Positions 1 through 7,129 of a stretch of DNA of 64,000 nucleotides are shown one piece after another (position 1 is the first letter of the stretch; each line of letters begins with the position of its first letter). Position numbers and translations under genes: made by a program. Below the pieces are notes generated by a model. It searched no databases. It was not told the DNA's origin and saw nothing but the letters and a program-made list of their open reading frames with translations. Origin of the DNA: an uncultured Rhodospirillales bacterium (lineage in GTDB: Bacteria; Pseudomonadota; Alphaproteobacteria; RF32; CAG-239); NCBI GenBank assembly GCA_902763185.1, contig CACWQT010000004.1:54535-118534 (forward strand), read 5' to 3'.

Positions 1-1247
1 TTCCAAGTGCCATTGTTATAACGTATAGTATTAATCTTAAGTCCTGAAAATTTTGTTAACATCGGCTTCCAAATTTCAGGATCGTAACGAGAATTTATTT
101 TATAAGTAAGATATTGATAAACTTTATCACCTACTTTAGTTTTCCCGTCACTTAACGATATAGATAAATTCAAAGATTGAAACAAATCATTTATTTGATT
201 TCTGAGCTCTGAATTTGTCTTCTTAGGAATAGACTTAATATTTCTAACCTTTTGGAAAGGAATAGAAACCTTTACTTCAGTACCCTTTGGATTTATAATT
301 TTACTAGCGAAAGTCAATCCCGAATAACTCAAGGACATTTCTAACCAAGAAATACGGCCAAACTGCCTTTTCCAAGAAGTAATTGCGTTTGAAGATGTAC
401 AAGTGACACCACCGTTTGTCCATCCGGGAGTGGATATTGCAACAAGTGACAAAATTTTCTCACGGCAAGTATCTAACATCCAAATTGGATCGACAATAGA
501 TTCCCACGGAGCCGGAACAACTTTTGCCACCTGTTTAACAACCTTTTTCTTGGCGTGTCTGGTAATAACTTTATTCTGTTGAGGAGCGGTATTAAAGAAC
601 TTCTTAGAAATAAACATAACAAGCCAAATACCAATTAGCACCGATAGGATAACAACAATGGCGAGCTCTGTCCCTCGAAGGGCATTGATTTTTTCTAATT
701 TAGTATCTAATCCGGAAGCGAAAACTTCTGCAATATCTTTTTGTTCGGTTTCATCAATTCCCCATTCTGCTGGTGCAATTTTCTTAGACCAATCTGGAAC
801 TGAAAGCATAGACATAAACTGCTCTTTAGCATCAGCTTCTTTAACAAATAACACATCGCCGTCAGAAAGAATAACATCGTTTCTGACACAGAGATACCAA
901 TACCCTGCATCAACCTTGAAAACTGCTAATAATGAAGACGCTTCACTCATCGCAGTTACGGCAGCAACAGCCGCAACACTCATTCCTTTTTGAAAACCTT
1001 GAGAGGAAATAGCTAATCCTAACTGTGGAGATTTACCATGCTTAACGCAAAATAAATCCGCACCAATAAGAACATTGGTAGCAGCTTCTTTCGCATCTAA
1101 AAAAGGTGCATCTATGTTTTGCAAACTTTCCCAAAAGATACTGGCGGCATAACGCACACCGTCAACCGTAAAGCTGGAAGCCCATTCTTTACTGTCTTGA
1201 TTGGTGCCGTCAAAATCATCGGTATTATTTTCTAAAGCTTCTACCAA
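1..1247 (-). CDS. PilO2-like type IVb pilus assembly protein (bitopic inner membrane); 3' end runs off the window
   Basis: Absent from the supplied ORF track because there is no stop in the window. My own minus-strand translation gives one open frame from TTG 1247..1245 (AAGGAG at 1259..1254, 6-nt spacer) to position 1: LVEALENNTDDFDGT...VRYAASIFWESLQ...GTELAIVVILSVLIGIWLVMFISKKF...PAPWESIVDPIWMLDTCREKILSL.... It has a single central TM helix. It lies directly downstream of the lipoprotein secretin, as pilO does in pilL-pilN-pilO clusters (R64/PAPI-1 type). The call rests on position and topology only. Confidence 0.4.
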   Translation of the reverse strand, partial: MVEALENNTDDFDGTNQDSKEWASSFTVDGVRYAASIFWESLQNIDAPFLDAKEAATNVLIGADLFCVKHGKSPQLGLAISSQGFQKGMSVAAVAAVTAMSEASSLLAVFKVDAGYWYLCVRNDVILSDGDVLFVKEADAKEQFMSMLSVPDWSKKIAPAEWGIDETEQKDIAEVFASGLDTKLEKINALRGTELAIVVILSVLIGIWLVMFISKKFFNTAPQQNKVITRHAKKKVVKQVAKVVPAPWESIVDPIWMLDTCREKILSLVAISTPGWTNGGVTCTSSNAITSWKRQFGRISWLEMSLSYSGLTFASKIINPKGTEVKVSIPFQKVRNIKSIPKKTNSELRNQINDLFQSLNLSISLSDGKTKVGDKVYQYLTYKINSRYDPEIWKPMLTKFSGLKINTIRYNNGTW

Positions 1248-1263
1248 CGCCTTCTCCTTTAGA

Positions 1264-2892
1264 CTAATATCTCATGCGAGATTCTGGTAATAAGGGTGAC
1301 GCCAAAACAACAGGAGTCATCAAAATAACGATAATACTGCGCTTCTTGTTAACAGATTGATGACCACCTAGTATGTTATTATTGACTGCACCTAAACCGG
1401 CTTTGGAACTGTCTGTTTCAACTCTTTCAAAACCAGCCAACACAAGAGTATCTCCTGATTTCATGGCAACTTCTTGAGAGAAACCGCGCTCTTCTATAAT
1501 CGGGTTCTGAATATATCCGTCTTTTTTAGCACTTGTGTCACCTTTATCTCCGCTTAATGGAATATCCTCAAGATCCAAAAGTTCAGATAAGCTTAAACTG
1601 AATAACATCATCAACCGACCATGATCCATGATACGCGGCAAAACATCAAGTGTAAAACCTGTCTCAATTTCTTCTGTGTCAATAGAAACATCATAGCTTG
1701 CATCACCGCCAACGGTACCATTATTTGTCTTGGTATATTCGGAAATGTAGTTCTGTGTGGTGACAACCTTAATCGGTGCCGGTTTGTTATTCATCGTTGT
1801 AACTGTACCACTGGTAACAAGCGTAGTGGTTGTTTGTTCGGCTAAATTTTTAATAGCAGCATCAATGTTTACATCTCCACCCAAAATCTTCATAGATAAA
1901 GTGCTATTATTTCCATCGGGCAAAGTTTTCGGTCCGTTAGCACCCAATAAGGTAAAGTGTCCACCATTTGCTGTTCTATCCTTAAATGTTGCATTAAGAT
2001 CAAAGCCAACCCCCAAACTGTCATTTATTAAAACATGGAGCACTTTAACACTAATAGCAACCTGACGCGCTAAGCGAATGTTTTGTTCATTTACAAATTT
2101 AGAAATCTTTTTAATTTCTGTAGGTGTTGCCGTTACGGTTAAGGTGCCGTTCATTGGGTCAGACATTAAAGTAGAACCTTTGCCAAGCATAGATTTAGCT
2201 GCAGCAACAATATTTGTCCATAAATCCACATTAGATAAACCACTTGTTACGCTACCGCCGCCTTTAGAACTACTAACACTTGCAGTCATAGAAGGTTTAG
2301 TCGGCAAGGTATATAATGTAAATGTTTTAGTCGTGTATTTATAGATGTAAATTTCACCGTTTTCGTACTTCCACCAAACACCAAAATAAGAACAAACATC
2401 ATCTAATAATCCGCTTAAGGATCCTTTATAGGAAACAAGCATACGAGAAGTGTCAGACCATTTTGAGCCGACTTTTGAAACTGTCGGCGCATTTTTATCC
2501 GCTACGGCTTTAACTGTTCCTTCTATTTGTGGCGCAAAACGAATTTTAATGGAGGTTATTTGGCTAATCATATTGCCTATTTCATATAATGTAATAGGCC
2601 TGTTGCTTACCAAAGTTACGCCATCAGCCGTTTCTAAGTAATTAGGCAAAGGCTTATCACCTTCATATTCAACATCACTGGTATCACCAAGCCAAATGTC
2701 ATCTTTTACACGAACAACATCGGTATCTGCAGGAGGTTGAGGCTTTTTAGCTTCCTCTTTAGTAACAATGGCGGCATCCACATCACGTTCTATTGCTGCA
2801 TCATAATCTGTCGGTAGAGAGCATGAAGCCACACCTAATAACAATAAGGCGGCAAAACCAATTAAATATTTTTTATTAGTAAGCATTCTCAT
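1264..2892 (-). CDS. Lipoprotein secretin of the type IVb pilus class (PilN/TcpC/BfpB-like)
   Basis: 542-aa ORF with lipobox LLLLGVASC-S. The C-terminal secretin domain pattern is VTSGTVTTMNNKPAPIKVVTTQNYISEYT...GFTLDVLPRIMDHGRLMMLFSLSLSEL...IQNPIIEERGFSQEVAMKSGDTLVLAGFERVETDSSKAGLG...SIIVILMTPVVL. It overlaps the upstream TcpQ-domain gene by 17 nt. Confidence 0.75.
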   Translation of the reverse strand: MRMLTNKKYLIGFAALLLLGVASCSLPTDYDAAIERDVDAAIVTKEEAKKPQPPADTDVVRVKDDIWLGDTSDVEYEGDKPLPNYLETADGVTLVSNRPITLYEIGNMISQITSIKIRFAPQIEGTVKAVADKNAPTVSKVGSKWSDTSRMLVSYKGSLSGLLDDVCSYFGVWWKYENGEIYIYKYTTKTFTLYTLPTKPSMTASVSSSKGGGSVTSGLSNVDLWTNIVAAAKSMLGKGSTLMSDPMNGTLTVTATPTEIKKISKFVNEQNIRLARQVAISVKVLHVLINDSLGVGFDLNATFKDRTANGGHFTLLGANGPKTLPDGNNSTLSMKILGGDVNIDAAIKNLAEQTTTTLVTSGTVTTMNNKPAPIKVVTTQNYISEYTKTNNGTVGGDASYDVSIDTEEIETGFTLDVLPRIMDHGRLMMLFSLSLSELLDLEDIPLSGDKGDTSAKKDGYIQNPIIEERGFSQEVAMKSGDTLVLAGFERVETDSSKAGLGAVNNNILGGHQSVNKKRSIIVILMTPVVLASPLLPESRMRY

Positions 2893-3733
2893 TCTCCATC
2901 GTTTCTACAACTATAACACGATTACCTTTATAGAAGGTTGCAATCGGTGCAGGTCTGGCACGAGCAAAAGCACGGATAAGCGCTGCGCTGACATCTGTAA
3001 ATTTGCCCTTAAACATCACACCGGCATTCAAAGTATAATTCCTGTTTGTATTCCACAAAAGTTTCCAACCTGCCATACCACTCCATTTGGTAAGTAATTC
3101 ACGTAAGGTGTCACCTTCGTTAGCTTCCCAGGTTAAGATGGTGTCGTCAGCAATATTTTCTGCTTCGGCAACTTTTTCTTCAGAGCCATCGCCGATTTCA
3201 GTAAATTCAATATCGTCATCATCAATCTTAAATGAATCTTCCGTGAATTCTGAAGTAATGGAATCATCATTAATATCATCTAGCAAGCTACCACAATCTT
3301 CAGTGCAAATAACTTCATACCCATCAATATTTCTGGCGCGCCGAACATTGTTTTCTGCAACTTCATATTCTGGCTCCGGCTCAGATTCAAATTTAGGTTT
3401 TTCAACAATATCTTCTTCATAACCCGGGCGAACGGTTGCTGAAATGTTGTTGCCTGCGGCTTCCTGTGTATAAAGGTGATCACGCTTTGTCCTTTCACCA
3501 TAAGCCCTGTAATCGGCTTCAGTCTTTGTGTAATTAATTAAAGGTGAATCATTACAACCGATACCGTCCACACCACATCTGCTTGATGGATCTACGGTCG
3601 CATCAATAACCTGTGCTTGGTCATTAACCGCAATGTACTCAGGGGTGAATTCATCATCAGAATGAAATATGCCACATGCCGACAAACTGCATGTGCATAA
3701 TAAATAAAACGATAATAAAACATTCTTTTTCAT
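2876..3733 (-). CDS. PilL-like lipoprotein with C-terminal TcpQ domain
   Basis: The ORF extends to 3763, but the likely start is MKKNVLLSFYLLCTCSLSAC-G (lipobox). The middle is acidic and disordered. The C-terminus TLRELLTKWSGMAGWKLLWNTNRNYTLNAGVMFKGKFTDVSAALIRAFARARPAPIATFYKGNRVIVVET matches the TcpQ/PilL pattern, the partner of T4b-pilus lipoprotein secretins. Confidence 0.6.
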   Translation of the reverse strand: MKKNVLLSFYLLCTCSLSACGIFHSDDEFTPEYIAVNDQAQVIDATVDPSSRCGVDGIGCNDSPLINYTKTEADYRAYGERTKRDHLYTQEAAGNNISATVRPGYEEDIVEKPKFESEPEPEYEVAENNVRRARNIDGYEVICTEDCGSLLDDINDDSITSEFTEDSFKIDDDDIEFTEIGDGSEEKVAEAENIADDTILTWEANEGDTLRELLTKWSGMAGWKLLWNTNRNYTLNAGVMFKGKFTDVSAALIRAFARARPAPIATFYKGNRVIVVETMENENAY

Positions 3734-3854
3734 AATTTGACTCATCTTTAAATATAATCTCACTTCACAATAAAGGTTAAAATTTAATTAATCAAGCGTA
3801 ACACTTTATTTATAAACGAATTGTGGATTCTTTTGTAAAATGCATATACCATTG

Positions 3855-5195
3855 TTACTTAATCCTTATTGTTCTTATAATTAAAGCGTTGGGCTCGGTT
3901 GTTGAAAAGACTGTGTCAACTTTTTTGAAGTCTACACCGTTATTCATAAAAATAGTGTATAATAGGTTAAGGCGTTTCTTTTGGAGCTCCGTGGCAACAG
4001 ATGCATCTAGTCTGACTTGCAGACGGATGTCATCACTGGTTGCGGCCTCTGAAAAAGCCTTAAGCCATGTCAGAGTGGTTCCTGAAATTTCAGCTTTGCC
4101 CGGCTGAAAGGATAACTTGAGCTCCGAAGGAATAATTTTTCTTTGCGCGTATTCTTGTCTGGTTTCTTGCAAAGATGAATAAAAGTCTACTAATTCTTCT
4201 TGTTTGGTTTTGCTTATTTTCTGTGTAGAAACGCTCTGCGTATTTGTTTCATAAGTCGGTGCAGGTTTCTTCTTTTTAGCAATAGGGGCTTCTATGGCGA
4301 CATCTTCTGTCTGATTTTGCTTGGAACTGCTAAACCATGAAGATATACTGTCCAAAATACCGGAAGCATCAGTACTTGTGTCTGCTGTATCTGAAATTGT
4401 ATTTAAGGATGGCTTCTTAAATGTTGTATCTTCTTTTTTTATTTGCAATGAAGAAGTGTCATCCTTTTGAGAAATTTGTTTCTTAGTATTTGCTTTTTTT
4501 GCAGGGGTGGAATTACCTTTAATAAATGTAGGTGTTAAATTCTCATCATTTAAAATTTCATCAGGGATTGGGAATATAACGCTTTGTTTAATTCGTTCGG
4601 CAACTTTATATGAAACAGCCTCATCATTTTGAGTAAGTTGTTGTAAATTTTCAGTAAATAGATTCTCTTTGTTATTATTTATCATTTGCGTAAAATTTTT
4701 ATTTTTGGCCGCTTTTTTGGTTTTGGCGGTCACCCAAGGGGAATCGTCAACAAAAGGAACGTCTTGGAAGGTGCGGGATTCTTCTGTGTTGGGAAGCATG
4801 GCAACGCTGGCATCTGGTACATTGTCATTTTGAAAATCTGAAGGCTCAAAATCGTTAGCGCTGATTTCCTGTTCTATAGGAATTTGATCATCAAAGTTGA
4901 TACTTATTATTTCGTCATCTTCAACACCTTCTGGGGAAACTTCAATAGGGTTGAATGATTGAGGCGTGGCTAAAGATAACTTTTTTACTTCTGTAAGCAT
5001 TAGGGGTGGAAGAGGAATACTACTATTAATGTGATCCTTAAATAAGCTTATTCTGATGTTTTGCTTATTGCTAAAGCGAACATTTCGGGGTGATGAAGAT
5101 GTAAGTCGTTCACAGAGTGTAACGCTGAATACTGATAGGCAAAACCCTATAATAAAATTCCGAATACCTGACATAGGTAGGCTTTTCCCCGACAT
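3855..5195 (-). CDS. Hypothetical membrane-anchored or secreted protein, mostly low-complexity, first gene of the pil-like operon
   Basis: 446-aa ORF with an N-terminal hydrophobic segment (IRNFIIGFCLSVFSVTL). About 300 aa are rich in K/S/T/N/D/E and look disordered. The last ~90 aa look folded (SELKLSFQPGKAEISGTTLTWLKAFSEAATSDDIRLQVRLDAS...LLYTIFMNNGVDFKKVDTVF). No family recognised. Confidence 0.5.
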   Translation of the reverse strand: MSGKSLPMSGIRNFIIGFCLSVFSVTLCERLTSSSPRNVRFSNKQNIRISLFKDHINSSIPLPPLMLTEVKKLSLATPQSFNPIEVSPEGVEDDEIISINFDDQIPIEQEISANDFEPSDFQNDNVPDASVAMLPNTEESRTFQDVPFVDDSPWVTAKTKKAAKNKNFTQMINNNKENLFTENLQQLTQNDEAVSYKVAERIKQSVIFPIPDEILNDENLTPTFIKGNSTPAKKANTKKQISQKDDTSSLQIKKEDTTFKKPSLNTISDTADTSTDASGILDSISSWFSSSKQNQTEDVAIEAPIAKKKKPAPTYETNTQSVSTQKISKTKQEELVDFYSSLQETRQEYAQRKIIPSELKLSFQPGKAEISGTTLTWLKAFSEAATSDDIRLQVRLDASVATELQKKRLNLLYTIFMNNGVDFKKVDTVFSTTEPNALIIRTIRIK

Positions 5196-5463
5196 ATAAG
5201 ATAAGTTATATTTAAATTTAACTATATTTTAAACATTGTTTATTTTCTTTAGCAAACAGATTTATACAATTAGTAACAATAAAAATGCATTTTGTGGCAA
5301 AATAACCCAAAACCTAGTATGAAACTTTTGTTACAGAAGTTAAAAAGTGATTAAAAACAATATGTTGATTTAAAAACAGGGGCGTCCAAAAATCTTGATT
5401 TTTTTTGAATTTTGAGGTAAAGTAAAATTGTGAAATGAAATCAGATTTTTTAGGAGAACTGAA

Positions 5464-5796
5464 ATGTTTAATTGGAAAAAAATGTTAGTATTGTGCACAT
5501 TGGCACTTGTATTAACGGTAGCTTTTACTGATGTTGCTTCTGCAGATGTTATGGCTACAGCTTTAAATAAAGTAAACAATGTATTCCAAAAGACCAGAAG
5601 AATTGTGTTCGTTTTGGGTGCATTTGGTTTGATTGGTCTTGCGTTCCAAGCAATTTTTGGTAAGGTAAAATGGTCTTGGTTTGCAGGTCTTGCTGTAGGT
5701 TTGGCAATTGTTGCAGCAGCTCAAGCAGTTGTTCAATATGCTGCAGGTCAATCTCAAGACGGTGTAACGGTTACCGATACTTTTGATGAAAACTAA
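5464..5796 (+). CDS. virB2: VirB2/TrbC-family pilin paralog 1
   Basis: 110 aa with signal peptide ...AFTDVASA-DV, then two hydrophobic helices around a basic loop, with the pilin-family motif AIFGKVKWSWFAGLAVGLAIVAAAQAVV. RBS is AGGAGAA. Confidence 0.75.
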   Translation: MFNWKKMLVLCTLALVLTVAFTDVASADVMATALNKVNNVFQKTRRIVFVLGAFGLIGLAFQAIFGKVKWSWFAGLAVGLAIVAAAQAVVQYAAGQSQDGVTVTDTFDEN

Positions 5797-5815
5797 TAAG
5801 TATATCAGTAATCAA

Positions 5816-5864
5816 CAACAGAAAGAGGCATCTTGCATAAAGATGCCTCTTTTAGTTTCTGTTG
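5816..5864 (+). terminator. Intrinsic terminator after virB2 paralog 1
   Basis: Perfect 10-bp inner stem agaggcatct (5824-5833) pairing with agatgcctct (5841-5850), 7-nt loop, followed by tttagttt. An outer stem caacagaa/ttctgttg (5816-5823 with 5857-5864) extends the structure. Confidence 0.7.
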
Positions 5865-6001
5865 AGCAAATAAAAAGAGCTTTTATATGTTAGACACAAA
5901 TTGATTTGAAAGTAGAAATATCTATATGAAATTTTTGTTACGAGGAAAATAAATACAATTAAAACAATAAAATAAGTTAAATTATGCTTGAATCTTTTTT
6001 G

Positions 6002-6030
6002 TGGAAAAATTTTGAAAATTGTGTTATAAT
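6002..6030 (+). promoter_or_regulatory. Candidate extended -10 promoter for virB2 paralog 2
   Basis: TGTTATAAT at 6022-6030 matches the TGnTATAAT extended -10. There is a weak -35 tggaaa at 6002-6007 with a 17-nt spacer, 24 nt upstream of the ATG. Sequence pattern only. Confidence 0.4.
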
Positions 6031-6053
6031 AAACTAAACTTTAGGAGGGAATT

Positions 6054-6383
6054 ATGATGTTCGGACTGACTAAAAAAGAAACATATATCCTTTTAATCGC
6101 ATTAGCGGTAGTGATTTGTTTACCGACAGATGCTTTCGCGGCCTTTGAATCTTTAAGGGATTCTGGTAAGACAATATTTACAGGACTTCGCAAAGTTATT
6201 TACCCGGCATCAGCCATTGGCATTATTTGCGTTTGTATCGGTGGGTTCTTTGGTAATATTAACTGGAAATGGCTGTTAACACTTGTTGTTGGGTTAATAG
6301 TTATTGCCGGTTGCGCAGGTCTGGTGCAATTATTTACTGGTAACTCTGGAGATATTCCGGCGGATACGTTAAGTGGAGCATAA
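6054..6383 (+). CDS. virB2: VirB2/TrbC-family pilin paralog 2
   Basis: 109 aa with signal peptide ...PTDAFA-AF. Motif FFGNINWKWLLTLVVGLIVIAGCAGLVQLF. RBS is AGGAGGGA. Confidence 0.7.
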   Translation: MMFGLTKKETYILLIALAVVICLPTDAFAAFESLRDSGKTIFTGLRKVIYPASAIGIICVCIGGFFGNINWKWLLTLVVGLIVIAGCAGLVQLFTGNSGDIPADTLSGA

Positions 6384-6394
6384 GGAGAAAAGTC

Positions 6395-6757
6395 ATGACA
6401 AAGACAAATAGAATAATTGTTTTAAGTATAATGGTACTTCTTTTAAGTTCTCTCGTTGTTATGCCAGCATATGCCGGTGCGGATACTATTTTTAAGGAAC
6501 TGGCCGAAAGAATAGGTACCTTTGCTTCTGGATTTAGAAAAATTGCTTTGGTTATGGGCGCATTTGGTTTGGTAATGTTTACCTTTATGGCAATCAGCGG
6601 TAAAATTAATTTTAAGCACCTCGGCTATATCGCAATTTGTCTTTTTATCCTGGGTGGTGTTGCCACATTTATTTCGCAGGATATCGTTGGAAATGCTGAA
6701 TTGCCCACAACATTCAATGAAGCTAATGACACATATATGAGTTCTGCTGGTATTTAA
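6395..6757 (+). CDS. virB2: VirB2/TrbC-family pilin paralog 3
   Basis: 120 aa with signal peptide ...VMPAYA-GA. Motif AISGKINFKHLGYIAICLFILGGVATFI. RBS is AAGGAG, 11 nt after the paralog 2 stop. Confidence 0.65.
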   Translation: MTKTNRIIVLSIMVLLLSSLVVMPAYAGADTIFKELAERIGTFASGFRKIALVMGAFGLVMFTFMAISGKINFKHLGYIAICLFILGGVATFISQDIVGNAELPTTFNEANDTYMSSAGI

Positions 6758-6838
6758 GAAATACACAATTTAATGACAAATTAACCGTTTTGTAATAAAT
6801 TTCTGTTACACTCTTCTCAAATAGTCGACGAGGGGATA

Positions 6839-7129
6839 ATGAGAGATATAATTCTAAAAGCCGTAGCCAATCCGCCCAAACTTTTTTGGGCGCCGATTTT
6901 GCCTGCTGCATTAAATGGCGGCTTGCAAATGCCATTTATGTTTATTGCAATGGCATTTTGGAACGCAAATCCATTGATTTTTGTGATAACCATAATTTTA
7001 GGACATATGATTATGGTTGGCTTAGGAGCCAGAGATCCACATCTTTCCGGAATGATACAAGCCTTTGGCGCAACCAATGTTGTATCCACAAATCTATATA
7101 GAGTGAAAGGACATAAATTTGAACCTTGA
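6839..7129 (+). CDS. virB3: VirB3-like protein
   Basis: 96 aa with two hydrophobic segments and the VirB3-type pattern LFWAPILPAALNGGLQM...ILGHMIMVGLGARDPHLSGMIQAF. It lies immediately upstream of and overlapping virB4. Confidence 0.7.
   Translation: MRDIILKAVANPPKLFWAPILPAALNGGLQMPFMFIAMAFWNANPLIFVITIILGHMIMVGLGARDPHLSGMIQAFGATNVVSTNLYRVKGHKFEP

Noticed and set aside
658-993. Plus-strand 111-aa ORF (and the 707-913 minus-strand ORF) in the first kilobase.
   Set aside because: Both lie inside the uninterrupted 1247-nt minus-strand frame of the PilO2-like gene. The 707-913 ORF is only an internal ATG-to-stop piece in another frame. Neither has an SD.
1621-2641. Four plus-strand ORFs (1621-1845, 1757-2065, 2078-2344, 2450-2641) opposite the secretin gene.
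   Set aside because: They are antisense to a 542-aa ORF with clear secretin motifs. They are hydrophobic, low-complexity translations typical of antisense frames.
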